Below the pieces are notes generated by a model. That model was not told where the DNA came from. It made no database searches and saw nothing but the letters and a program-made list of their open reading frames with translations. A DNA stretch of 64,000 nt from Clostridiales bacterium. Its GTDB lineage: Bacteria > Bacillota > Clostridia > Oscillospirales > CAG-272. A program made the position numbers and the translations under genes. The DNA lies in assembly GCA_012727435.1 (NCBI GenBank), contig JAAYHB010000003.1, positions 1,315-65,314 of the forward strand, read 5' to 3'. Of the stretch, positions 34,580-43,736 are shown piece by piece. The first letter of the stretch is position 1. Every line of letters starts with the position of its first letter.

Positions 34580-35476
34580 CTATCTTAGTATCTCGCGTTC
34601 AATGATGTCGGCGACACCGCACTCTTCACAGGTATATCTGGTGATGTTTTTTGCCTTCGATTTTTGCGCGGCTTCGCTGCCGAGCAGCGCATAGCCGTGC
34701 CCGGCGTTCTCGATCATCATAAAATCGTTCCACATATCGCCAAAGGCATAGATATCCTCATTCGGTATGCCGTAAAACCTTGCTATCCGCTCAATCGCAT
34801 ACCATTTGTCAGCCCCGGCCGAACAGAGGCTCATGCGGATGTGGCTTACATCCTCGGTTGCCGGCATGAAATCCCATGAGGCGGCTATCACCTCATCCTG
34901 TCCGGCGGCCGCAACCATATCCTCTATCGCCCGCACTGCCTCATTGTCGGGCGGCGTTATAATAATTCGTGAGGCCGGTGTGTCGGGAATACTGCTTTTG
35001 TCGAAAATTGTCGCCGGCTCTGAGGTGTTCATCCTCTCCCTGTAATATTTCCCGTGATGTCCTTCTGTATACCACAGGGCGTTTTTATATTCGACATACA
35101 TTGGTATATGACTTTCGTACTCAAAGGCAGCCTCAATTATGCGCCTTGTCATCATTGGGCTGATGCTGCATTCCGAGGGAGCGAAGGACTCGTCATACGG
35201 GTGAAACACATGGGCGCCGTTGAGGGCACAGACCGGGGAGTCAAGCCCCATGGCCTCATAAACCCACCGCATCATATTAAAATGCCTTGCCGAGGCTATC
35301 ACCGGGATATGCCCCTGCTCGCGCGCCATGCGGAAGGCCTTTATAGTCCTCTCGTCAATCTCGTCGACCTTGGGCAGCACGGTGCAGTCAAGGTCGAAGG
35401 CTATAAGATATCTTTTGGGTTGCACTACAGCAGTCTCACTTCCGTATAGTTGTTCGCCTTTTTTATCCGGGCGCAT
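34580..35476 (-). CDS. Cof-type HAD-IIB family hydrolase
   Basis: Start trimmed to MRPDKKG, where the ATG overlaps the upstream TAA (TAATG). DxD motif is FDLDCTVL. Confidence 0.8.
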   Translation of the reverse strand: MRPDKKGEQLYGSETAVVQPKRYLIAFDLDCTVLPKVDEIDERTIKAFRMAREQGHIPVIASARHFNMMRWVYEAMGLDSPVCALNGAHVFHPYDESFAPSECSISPMMTRRIIEAAFEYESHIPMYVEYKNALWYTEGHHGKYYRERMNTSEPATIFDKSSIPDTPASRIIITPPDNEAVRAIEDMVAAAGQDEVIAASWDFMPATEDVSHIRMSLCSAGADKWYAIERIARFYGIPNEDIYAFGDMWNDFMMIENAGHGYALLGSEAAQKSKAKNITRYTCEECGVADIIEREILR

Positions 35477-36738
35477 TATATTATTGCTCCTTGAGTTTTC
35501 AGGGCCTTCTGCAGCTCGGCAATATTTATCTTGTCGACCGGAAGATTTTTTTCGGCGCATATGGCCGCCGCCGTGCCCGCGGCCTGCCCGAGAGCCATGC
35601 AGGTGGCCTGAACCCGGATTGAAGCGATTGCCTCCCTTGTTGCAGAAATCGTCCTCCCCGCGACCAGAAGGTTTTCCGAGCCCTTCGGTATAAGCGTCCG
35701 GTATGGGATATTGTAACCCTCGTCCACTCTCCTGAGGTCCTGTTCCCGGCTGTCGGGCTTATGTATGTCAATCGGATGCCCGCCCTTGGCAATCGTGTCG
35801 GGGAAGTCCTTCGGGCTGAGTATGTCGTCTGCGGTCATTTCATACAGCCCGTCAATCCTGCGTGTCTCGCGTATGCCCGCCTGGGTGCCGGTGTCGATTA
35901 TATAGCAGTTTTTGAATTCCTCGAAATTCTCTTTAAGGAGCGCTACCAGCCTGAAAACATCCTCACGCAGCCGGCACTCGGCCTCGGTAAGGCTGAGTAC
36001 ATCGGTTCCGTCGCCGGCAAAACGCGACATATTGATAGAAACCTCCCCGCGTCTGAAGGTTGTCAGCATCCAGGGGCCGCCGAACTTGGGGACATCTTTG
36101 TCCAGCGAGAGGAGTTTCTCGCGCACGCGCATGTTGACATGTCTTCTGTTGCTCTCGCGCATTTCCATGTTCTCAAGCCTGTCGGTGTCTACCCCGCCGA
36201 GCCTGAACCAAAGCGTCATTGGCTGCAGCTCCCGACGCTCCTCATCGCCTATTCTGAATGGGAATCCCGCGTATTTTACCAGATCGGCGTCGCCGGTGCA
36301 GTCGATAAAATACCCCGCCTCAAGTGTCTGGCGCCCGCTTTTGTTCTCAAGCGTAATGCAAGTTACCCTGCCGTCCTCCCTCTTGCAGTCGGTTATATAT
36401 GAATGGAGCAGCAGCGTCGCTCCCGAACCGAGGACCATTCTCTGGGCTGCGAGTTTGTAGATTTCGGGGTCGAAGTGGATGTTTCCGCTGGGGAAGCTGG
36501 TGTCGGCTCCCCCCAGTCTCTCCATTTCCTCGGCAAACTCAAGTGGTATGCCGGCGATGATTCTTTTGCCCTTTTTGTTAAAGACGCTGATAGGGCTGAC
36601 CAGAGAAAGGGTGGCCATTCCCCCGAGAAATCCGTATCTTTCAATAAGTATGGTTTTTGCCCCGTTCCGTGCCGCGGCCACCGCCGCAATTATTCCGGCC
36701 GGCCCACCGCCGCAGACCGCAATATCATACTCCGCCAC
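35476..36738 (-). CDS. FAD-dependent oxidoreductase
   Basis: Dinucleotide-binding fingerprint DIAVCGGGPAGIIAAVAAARNG. GTG start with GGAGGTG RBS. Confidence 0.8.
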   Translation of the reverse strand: MAEYDIAVCGGGPAGIIAAVAAARNGAKTILIERYGFLGGMATLSLVSPISVFNKKGKRIIAGIPLEFAEEMERLGGADTSFPSGNIHFDPEIYKLAAQRMVLGSGATLLLHSYITDCKREDGRVTCITLENKSGRQTLEAGYFIDCTGDADLVKYAGFPFRIGDEERRELQPMTLWFRLGGVDTDRLENMEMRESNRRHVNMRVREKLLSLDKDVPKFGGPWMLTTFRRGEVSINMSRFAGDGTDVLSLTEAECRLREDVFRLVALLKENFEEFKNCYIIDTGTQAGIRETRRIDGLYEMTADDILSPKDFPDTIAKGGHPIDIHKPDSREQDLRRVDEGYNIPYRTLIPKGSENLLVAGRTISATREAIASIRVQATCMALGQAAGTAAAICAEKNLPVDKINIAELQKALKTQGAII

Positions 36739-36912
36739 ATCACACCTCCTATCGTAATTGATTATATTCTATATAAGAAATTGCCAAATGTCAATATGGT
36801 TCGCAATACAAGCATGGAATCGAGTTGCTTCCAAGTAATCCCAAGGCAAAACCGCCATTGTCCAACTAACAAAAAAAGCGCCGGGTGACAAGTGTCTCCC
36901 GGACGCTTTTAT

Positions 36913-37152
36913 TCAGGCGACAACAAGATATGCAAACACCACCAGCAGCGTGAATATAATCGCAATCGGCGGAGTTATCCTTGCAAGCAGCCTGTCTTTT
37001 GTGCCGGTCCTTTGCTTTGAGAAAAATGTGTCTGCCCCGCCGGTAATGGTGCCGAGTTTCTTTTCCTTGCCGGTCTGCAGCAGAACCAGAATTGTTATTA
37101 ACACGCTCATGACAAGAATGATTATGCCGACAACAAGCTCGAGTGTTTCCAT
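36913..37152 (-). CDS. secG: preprotein translocase subunit SecG
   Basis: 79 aa with two TM helices and a central LLQTGKEKKLG..GG loop. RBS is GGAGGA. Confidence 0.85.
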   Translation of the reverse strand: METLELVVGIIILVMSVLITILVLLQTGKEKKLGTITGGADTFFSKQRTGTKDRLLARITPPIAIIFTLLVVFAYLVVA

Positions 37153-37359
37153 TATATTATCCTCCGTGAAAAAATCCCCGAATCAATACCGTAATAAACC
37201 GCATAACATGCATGTTATTTTAACACAATCCCATGAAAAATGCAATAGCAAAAATGAAAATAATGAAAGAGGGGCGAATCATCTTGACATCCCGGGAGCT
37301 TTATGATAATATAATGAAGCCGGAGGACGGGTTTTAGCCGGAAGCTGGCAAAAAGATAC

Positions 37360-37448
37360 GGAGGAATAGCGAAGTGGTCATAACGCGGCGGTCTTGAAAA
37401 CCGTTTGAGAGCAATCTCACGGGGGTTCGAATCCCTCTTCCTCCGCCA
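37360..37448 (+). tRNA. tRNA-Ser (TGA)
   Basis: 89 nt: acceptor GGAGGAA/TTCCTCC, anticodon loop CTTGAAA (TGA at 37395..37397), long variable arm, T-loop GGTTCGAATCC, encoded CCA. Confidence 0.93.
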
Positions 37449-37453
37449 CGAGG

Positions 37454-37482
37454 GCTGTCGCAATCCTGCGGCAGCTTTTTTT
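37454..37482 (+). terminator. intrinsic terminator after tRNA-Ser
   Basis: GCTGTCGC-aatcct-GCGGCAGC followed by TTTTTTT. Confidence 0.7.
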
Positions 37483-37678
37483 ATCGGTTTAAAATTCTAT
37501 ATCCTCGCCGATACCTGCCAGAATACATTTGCGCAGGTGCGTGAGCTCGCGTATCGCCCGCATTTTGCGGTATTCATCCTTGAACCACTCATCGGGGGTG
37601 TCAAGAGGTGGCCGTCGCCACCTTCGAGAGTTACAAAAACCACCTGCTCCTTATCCCGCACAAACCTACATCGTCATG

Positions 37679-37707
37679 TTGACAGAATGCGGTATATCCT
37701 TTAAAAT
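37679..37707 (+). promoter_or_regulatory. sigmaA-type promoter for the larA homolog
   Basis: TTGACA (37679..37684), 17-nt spacer, TAAAAT (37702..37707). Confidence 0.5.
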
Positions 37708-37742
37708 TATAACGATATTCATTGATAAAACAGGGTATGACA

Positions 37743-39020
37743 ATGTTGAAAACCATTTCCTTCCCCTACGGGCACAGGACAGTACGGCTTACTGTGAACG
37801 AAAAGCATTTAAACGCCGTTCTTCGGTCGAAAATTCACGATTTCAGCCCCGCTGCCCCCGAGGTCGAACTGGTACGGGAGGCACTCAAAAACCCGATTGA
37901 CTCGCCGTGCCTCTCGGAGCTCTCCCGCGGAAAAAACAAGGTGGTGATAATCGCCAGCGACCACACCCGGCCGGTGCCGAGCAAAGTAATCATCCCCCCG
38001 ATGCTCGAGGAAATACGCGCGGGAAACCCGCATGCCGAAATCACCATTCTGATCTCCACCGGCTGCCACAGGGAAACCACCCGGGAGGAGCTTGTCCGGA
38101 AATTCGGTGAGGATATCGTTGAGCGCGAGAGAATAGTAATACACGACTGCGACGACACGGCAAACCTTGTGGATATCGGCAGGCTGCCCTCGGGCGGCAG
38201 GTGTATCATCAACCGGCTGGCATACGAGGCCGACCTGCTTGTTTCCGAAGGTTTTATCGAGCCGCATTTCTTTGCCGGCTTCTCGGGCGGGCGCAAGAGC
38301 GTGCTCTCGGGCATCGCGGCGCGCAGGACCGTGCTGGCAAACCACTGCTCGGAGTTTATAAATTCAAAATATGCCCGCACCGGAAACCTTGAGAACAACC
38401 CCATTCACGCCGACATGCTATGGGCGGCAAAGCAGGCCGGGCTTGCCTTTATCGTCAATGTGGTGATAAACTCAAAAAAAGAAGTCATTTACGCCGTCGC
38501 CGGCAACACCGAAACCGCCCACCTTACCGGGTGCAGGTTTTTGTCGGGCCTCTGCCGGGTTGAGCCGGTATTCTCGGACATCGTCATCACCTCAAACGGC
38601 GGGTATCCGCTCGACCAGAATATCTATCAGGCGGTCAAGGGCATGACGGCCGCCGAGGCTACGGTAAACGAGGGCGGGGTTATAATAATGCTGGCAGAAT
38701 CCGAGGACGGGCACGGCGGAGAGGATTTTTATCACCAGCTGGCAGACGAGCCTGATATTCTGAAAACCGAAGCCGAGTTTTTAAGCCGCGGCCGGGAGGA
38801 AACCGTCCCCGACCAGTGGCAGTCGCAGATATTTATCCGGATTTTAAAACGGGCACGGGTAATATACATTTCAGACGCTCCCGACGACATGGTACGCGCC
38901 ATGCACATGATACCCGCACACTCGATTGAAGAAGCGCTCGACATGGCCCGGCGCATCATAGGGAAACCCGATGCCAAGATCACGGCAATCCCCGACGGGG
39001 TGTCGGTTATAGTAGGCTGA
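37743..39020 (+). CDS. larA: nickel-pincer-dependent lactate racemase family protein (LarA homolog, DUF2088)
   Basis: Of LarA-like length, with an N-terminus MLKTISFPYGHRTVRLTV and later SDHTRPVP and GFIEPHFFAGFSGGRK. The start is the ATG with the best RBS spacing; 37737 is an alternative. Confidence 0.8.
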   Translation: MLKTISFPYGHRTVRLTVNEKHLNAVLRSKIHDFSPAAPEVELVREALKNPIDSPCLSELSRGKNKVVIIASDHTRPVPSKVIIPPMLEEIRAGNPHAEITILISTGCHRETTREELVRKFGEDIVERERIVIHDCDDTANLVDIGRLPSGGRCIINRLAYEADLLVSEGFIEPHFFAGFSGGRKSVLSGIAARRTVLANHCSEFINSKYARTGNLENNPIHADMLWAAKQAGLAFIVNVVINSKKEVIYAVAGNTETAHLTGCRFLSGLCRVEPVFSDIVITSNGGYPLDQNIYQAVKGMTAAEATVNEGGVIIMLAESEDGHGGEDFYHQLADEPDILKTEAEFLSRGREETVPDQWQSQIFIRILKRARVIYISDAPDDMVRAMHMIPAHSIEEALDMARRIIGKPDAKITAIPDGVSVIVG

Positions 39021-39029
39021 CCTTCATGC

Positions 39030-39064
39030 GGCGCCATACCCTCGGGTGGTATGGCGCCGTTTTT
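39030..39064 (+). terminator. intrinsic terminator
   Basis: GGCGCCATACC-ctcgggt-GGTATGGCGCC followed by GTTTTT. Confidence 0.75.
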
Positions 39065-39077
39065 GCTTGTCCGACCG

Positions 39078-39470
39078 TCAGCCTTCAATTATCTTCACAA
39101 AAAATTCCCTGTCCCTCGGCCCGTCAAATTCGCAGAAGTAAATTCCCTGCCAGGTGCCGAGCATAAGCCGCTTGTCCCTGATTATCACGGTGCAGGAGGA
39201 ACCCATGAGCGAGGCCTTTATGTGGGCATGTGAATTTCCTTCTATGTGGAGATATTCTCCCTCAACAGGAAATGCCCTGTTCAGTGCATAAATCATGTTC
39301 CGCACGACATCGGGGTCGGCGTTTTCATTTATCGTTATCCCGGCGGTTGTATGGGGCACATATATGACGGCGATGCCGTTCTCAACATTGCTGCCTCTGA
39401 CCTCGTCGGCGACCCTCTGGGTTATGTTGATGAACTGCTGGGGTTTTGTGGTCTGAATTCTGTGACGCAT
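39078..39470 (-). CDS. yjbQ: secondary thiamine-phosphate synthase enzyme YjbQ (UPF0047)
   Basis: Start trimmed to MRHRIQT (AAAGGAGG RBS). The signature VPHTTAGITINENADPDV is present. Confidence 0.85.
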   Translation of the reverse strand: MRHRIQTTKPQQFINITQRVADEVRGSNVENGIAVIYVPHTTAGITINENADPDVVRNMIYALNRAFPVEGEYLHIEGNSHAHIKASLMGSSCTVIIRDKRLMLGTWQGIYFCEFDGPRDREFFVKIIEG

Positions 39471-39503
39471 CGGCAAACCTCCTTTCGCTTGTTGTCCGGC
39501 AAG

Positions 39504-39875
39504 TTACAGCTTCGCGCCGCAATAGGGGCAGTATTTAAAGTCTGCCGGTACTTCAGCCCTGCAGTTCGGACAATGCCCAAAGGGGGAATAGCCGTCGACA
39601 GGCCGCAGGTCTTCCTTTCTGATTTCAATGTTGGGATTTTTCTCAAATTCCCTGCCGAGGGCGCCGTCAAGCTCGTAGATACGACCGCAGCATGAAGTCC
39701 TTACAAAATACCTGACATTCCATCTTGCAAGCGGGACAAAAAACACATGAAAATACCTGTAGGACTTGCCGATCTCGTATTCTGTCGCCGCCCCGCAGGA
39801 AGGACATATACCGCCTTTGTATGTCCCTGTGATTTTTTCTTTGTCCTCTATTCCGAAAAACGCTATGAAAAACAT
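39504..39875 (-). CDS. zinc-ribbon domain protein
   Basis: Start trimmed to MFFIAFFGIEDKEK to avoid overlapping pcm. Cys pairs are CPSCG, SCCG, CPNC and CPYCG. Confidence 0.6.
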   Translation of the reverse strand: MFFIAFFGIEDKEKITGTYKGGICPSCGAATEYEIGKSYRYFHVFFVPLARWNVRYFVRTSCCGRIYELDGALGREFEKNPNIEIRKEDLRPVDGYSPFGHCPNCRAEVPADFKYCPYCGAKL

Positions 39876-39978
39876 AATTATATTATACCTGCCCGAACGG
39901 TTTGTTTCAATAGCTTTCCCGAAACAAGGAGAAATAACCCTGCTTTCCTCGATAGTGAGCACATTCCCTTCCGGCTTT

Positions 39979-40566
39979 TTATTCTCCCCAGCCATACCGC
40001 CCTTTGAGCTCGACAAACCTGACCATCCCGGCGGATTCAACCTGCAACCTGCCGTCAGCCGCTTTTGTAATTACCCGAAGCTCCTGGACATCCGGCGGGC
40101 CGACCGGTATCACCATCCTGCCGCCGGGGGCAAGCTGACTTATAAGCTCGTCGGGCACCACGCGCGCCGCGGCCGTGACCATAATCCTGTCATACGGGGC
40201 GTGCTCCGCCCAGCCCAGACTCCCGTCGCCCACCTTATAAAAAATGTTTGTGAAATTCATTGAATTAAGCCTTTCTTCGGCTTTCTGCGATAATTCCGCA
40301 ATTCTCTCAACAGTGAAAACCTTCCCTGACATTTTGGCGAGCAGGGCCGTCTGAAATCCCGAGCCTGTCCCTATCTCGAGTACCTTGCTGTCATGCTCGG
40401 GGGCAAGCAGCTTTGTCATCTCGAGCACAAGGCTCGGCTGTGAGATTGTCTGCCCGAAGCCTATAGGCAGCGGCGAGTCATAAGCCGCATATTCCTTCAT
40501 GTCATCTTCAAGGAAAAACGAACGATCCAGCGACCGAAAATATGCTTCAAGTCCCCGATAGTCCAC
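39979..40566 (-). CDS. pcm: protein-L-isoaspartate O-methyltransferase
   Basis: SAM-binding motif VLEIGTGSGFQTALLA. GTG start with GAGGTGA RBS. Confidence 0.85.
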   Translation of the reverse strand: MDYRGLEAYFRSLDRSFFLEDDMKEYAAYDSPLPIGFGQTISQPSLVLEMTKLLAPEHDSKVLEIGTGSGFQTALLAKMSGKVFTVERIAELSQKAEERLNSMNFTNIFYKVGDGSLGWAEHAPYDRIMVTAAARVVPDELISQLAPGGRMVIPVGPPDVQELRVITKAADGRLQVESAGMVRFVELKGRYGWGE

Positions 40567-40706
40567 TTCCCATCACCTCACCTGTATTATGTTCGTATAT
40601 TTCATTATAATGACCGCAAGTATTTTTTAGCTTGCTCAGGGTTGACAAACAGCATTTGGCGATATATAATTTTGGTTAAAGCAACAACAGCAAGCGGGGA
40701 TTCGAT

Positions 40707-41024
40707 ATGAAAAGAACGATATGCTTTTTCTGCGCGATACTCATGCTGTCGCTGCTCTGTGCCTGCCAAAGCCAGGACAAGGCAATACTCTCGGAGATGA
40801 GCGAAGAAGAATGCATTGAGTTTGTCAAATCTAAGGGCCTTGAGATTCCCGAGGAATTAAATGATGAAAATCTCGGCAATTTCATAAAATCCCACTTCAA
40901 GCTGTTTGAGGAGAACCCGGATCAACCCGTGGTTATCAGCTACACCGTGGCCTATGATTTTGCCGAGGGCATACGCAGAATCGTAAAGGAGTATTACAAT
41001 ACCGAAAGCGGGCAGCAGTCATGA
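40707..41024 (+). CDS. hypothetical lipoprotein
   Basis: Signal peptide with lipobox LLCAC, followed by an acidic mature part. Confidence 0.6.
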   Translation: MKRTICFFCAILMLSLLCACQSQDKAILSEMSEEECIEFVKSKGLEIPEELNDENLGNFIKSHFKLFEENPDQPVVISYTVAYDFAEGIRRIVKEYYNTESGQQS

Positions 41025-41127
41025 ACAGACAAGGCACCCGGAAAATGAGTGCCTTTCGTTCTGAATTAATTGTAGCATCAAAGCAAGAAGAATGCAACTG
41101 CCGTCGGGCATAAAATGGAATAAAAAT

Positions 41128-41164
41128 AAATCCTCGGTCAGTCTGACGCGAGGATTTATCTTTT
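41128..41164. terminator. hairpin terminator at the end of the GDPD operon
   Basis: AAATCCTCG..CGAGGATTT stem with T-rich tracts on both strands. It abuts the stop codon at 41165. Confidence 0.55.
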
Positions 41165-42490
41165 CTAAATCCAGCCTGCAGATTTGACTACCGGCTTTAT
41201 CAGAGTGAACCTGTTGGTCAGAATCACGTCAACACCCATGTTAAGGAGACTTTGCGCATTTCTCTGGCTGTCGATTGTCGCATAGGTATAGATTATGCCG
41301 GCCTCCTTGCCGAGCCGCAGCAGCTCACCTGAAATATCGGTTTTGGCAAGCTGCACTTTCGGAATCTTGTGTTCTATTGCATAATTTATCTGGTCCAGAG
41401 ATGTCGAAAAAACGCCGGCCAGAAGGCATAAGGTGATGTCCTCGTTCATGCCCTGCAGGGCTTCTATTATATCGTTCCTTGCGGCAATGTAAACCTGCCC
41501 CCGGCAGTTGTACCGGTCAATTGTATCAAGGATACCACGAAGAACAGAAGGATCAATGGCATCGGTCCCCGAGGACTTCACATGAATGTTTATGATTACC
41601 TTGCCGGCAAAAACCTCAAGAATCTCTGCAAAGGTACTATATTTCAGCCCCTTGAACTCCTCCGAGAACCACGAGCCGGCGTCAAGCCCCTTGATTGTCG
41701 AAAGTCTCATCTGTGAGATCAGCCCTTTGCCGTTTGAGGTTTTCTCGACAGAATCATCGTGAATGATGATATATTCGCCGTCGGCTGACACGCGGATGTC
41801 AAGCTCTATTTCCTCGGCGCCGAGAGCCACCGCCAGCGCAAAGGCCGGCAAGGTGTTCTCGGGGGCGAAGTCATTGCAGCCGCGGTGTGCGCAGGTCCTC
41901 GGATATCCGATCTCATGGTCTTCGGGCATGTCCTGATATGTGTCGGGGTCGGTATAATCCCCCACTCCCGGCAGATTATCAGACATCATCAGTGATTTGT
42001 CCGTGACGAAGGAGTATCTTGTGAGAAACAGTCCCACCGCTATAAACGTACTGACAGACGAGCCGCCGGTAAGCACGATCTTCTCAGCGTCCTCGGACGC
42101 ACTTATTGCATACTCTGTGGCCCCAAGACACCCAAACTTTGCCGACTCTTCCCTGTTGGTCTTGCCTACGATAATTTCACGGTTTGATGGAGCCGTACCG
42201 TCGTCTGCCACCTCAAGCTTTATGCCGGTAAGTCTTTCAATTTCACTGCCAAGATACGCCGCGGCACTCCTGACGGTATCTGCGGCTGTTTTGCTTACAA
42301 CAATGGTGTATGAAGGCAGGTCTTTGCCTATTATTGGTTTTGGTGCCTCTGTCGTATCTTCCGGTTCTGATGCCTGCTGCGTTTCGGAAGTTGATCGGTC
42401 ATCCGGCAGGCCGGTCTCCGGCCGGCAGCCGGCGCACAAAAACAATAAAATCAAGGCAACAAAAAGAGAAGCAGCACGAACGCCGAGCAA
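41165..42490 (-). CDS. exported lipoprotein with a glycerophosphodiester phosphodiesterase (GDPD) domain
   Basis: TTG start with GGGAGGGG 5 nt upstream. Lipobox is LCAGC. GDPD motifs are CAHRGCNDFAPENTLPAF and EIELDIRVSADGEYIIIHD. Confidence 0.8.
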   Translation of the reverse strand: MLGVRAASLFVALILLFLCAGCRPETGLPDDRSTSETQQASEPEDTTEAPKPIIGKDLPSYTIVVSKTAADTVRSAAAYLGSEIERLTGIKLEVADDGTAPSNREIIVGKTNREESAKFGCLGATEYAISASEDAEKIVLTGGSSVSTFIAVGLFLTRYSFVTDKSLMMSDNLPGVGDYTDPDTYQDMPEDHEIGYPRTCAHRGCNDFAPENTLPAFALAVALGAEEIELDIRVSADGEYIIIHDDSVEKTSNGKGLISQMRLSTIKGLDAGSWFSEEFKGLKYSTFAEILEVFAGKVIINIHVKSSGTDAIDPSVLRGILDTIDRYNCRGQVYIAARNDIIEALQGMNEDITLCLLAGVFSTSLDQINYAIEHKIPKVQLAKTDISGELLRLGKEAGIIYTYATIDSQRNAQSLLNMGVDVILTNRFTLIKPVVKSAGWI

Positions 42491-42503
42491 AAAATCCCCT
42501 CCC

Positions 42504-43715
42504 TCAGCAGCATGGTGAAATTTTATACATTTTGGCCAGCCCGCCCTCGGCGGTTTCCCTGTACAGGCTCAGCAGGTCCTTGCCGGTCTCATACATCGTC
42601 CGCACGACGGTGTCAAATTTTATCTTCCTTGTGTTTGCTATATGCTCTGACAGGTACATTGCATTGATGGCGCGCATTGCGGCAATCGCCCCGCGTTCGA
42701 TGCAGGGGATCTGGACAAGCCCCCCGACAGGGTCGCAGGTAAGCCCCAGGTGGTGTTCGAGAGATATTTCGGCGGCATACTCGATTCTGTCAAGGTCCAT
42801 GTCAAACAGCTCGCAGAGCGCGGCGGCAGCCATCGCGCAGGCGCTTCCTATCTCGGCCTGACAGCCGCACTCAGCCCCGCTGATTGAGGCATTTTGCTTT
42901 ATAATATTGCCGATAATACCGCCGACAGCAAGTGCGTCGATGATTTTCTCGTCCGAAAACCCCTCTTTTTCCTGCATATATCTGAGGACTGCCGGCACAA
43001 CGCCCGCAGCACCACAGGTCGGAGCGGTTACAATCCTGCCTCCCGAGGCATTCTGTTCACCTACCGCTAAGGCATACGAGCATACAAGCCGGTTCTCGCG
43101 CTTTGATTCGCTCTCGTCTATGTAACTCCCTTGATACAGGAGCTTTGCCTTTCGCAAAACGCCGAGCCCGCCCTCAAGTATGCCGTCCTTTGAGATGCCC
43201 TCGGATATCGAGTCCCACATAGCCTGCTTTACAGCCAAAAGGTGCTCTTTTATAGTCTCGCCTTCATTTAAGTAAACATAATCAGAGAGCCGTATGCCTC
43301 GGGTACGGCAGACCTCTGCAATTTTGCAGAAGCTGTTTTCGGCATAAACCTCGGGCGGCCTCATCTCAGCCCGGCCTTCAATTGAAATATCCCCGCCGCC
43401 GATGCTCATAACCCGCATCCTGCCGCACTCGGCGCCCGCCCTGTATGCGATAAAGTCAATCGTATTCTCGTGTGGGAGACATGTAGTTTCGGTGTCAAAG
43501 ACAATCTCGGTCAAAACGCCGCCCAGCGCCTTTGCTATCGCTCCATCGGTATGGTGGCCGACGCCGGTTTTGGCAAGCGAGCCGTAGAGTATTACTCTGA
43601 TGCTGTCGGCTTCGGGGTGTTCTTGGCGGAAAAGCCTTGCAGCCTTCTCGGGGCCGAGCGTGTGAGAGCTCGACGGCCCCACCCCGATTTTATAGATATC
43701 CTTTATCGACTGCAT
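42504..43715 (-). CDS. sdaA: L-serine ammonia-lyase, iron-sulfur dependent (single chain)
   Basis: Motifs IYKIGVGPSSSHTLGP and CGCQAEIGSACAMAAA. Start is at MQSIKD (GGAGG 5 nt upstream); the ORF track extends to a GTG at 43736 that abuts the upstream stop. Confidence 0.88.
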   Translation of the reverse strand: MQSIKDIYKIGVGPSSSHTLGPEKAARLFRQEHPEADSIRVILYGSLAKTGVGHHTDGAIAKALGGVLTEIVFDTETTCLPHENTIDFIAYRAGAECGRMRVMSIGGGDISIEGRAEMRPPEVYAENSFCKIAEVCRTRGIRLSDYVYLNEGETIKEHLLAVKQAMWDSISEGISKDGILEGGLGVLRKAKLLYQGSYIDESESKRENRLVCSYALAVGEQNASGGRIVTAPTCGAAGVVPAVLRYMQEKEGFSDEKIIDALAVGGIIGNIIKQNASISGAECGCQAEIGSACAMAAAALCELFDMDLDRIEYAAEISLEHHLGLTCDPVGGLVQIPCIERGAIAAMRAINAMYLSEHIANTRKIKFDTVVRTMYETGKDLLSLYRETAEGGLAKMYKISPCC

Positions 43716-43736
43716 CATATCCTCCGCCAAAGGCAC

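Noticed and set aside
37489-37661. Minus-strand coding remnant next to tRNA-Ser. It reads VRDKEQVVFVTLEGGDGHLLTPP, then after a shift in a C5 run (plus-strand G5 at 37594..37598), DEWFKDEYRKMRAIRELTHLRKCILAGIGEDIEF*. I considered an integrase or island remnant at a tRNA attachment site.
   Set aside because: It is about 59 aa even after correcting the homopolymer, with no upstream ATG or RBS (stops occur immediately upstream). There is no duplicated tRNA 3' end and no integrase or mobile genes nearby. It is most likely a decayed gene fragment or chance ORF.
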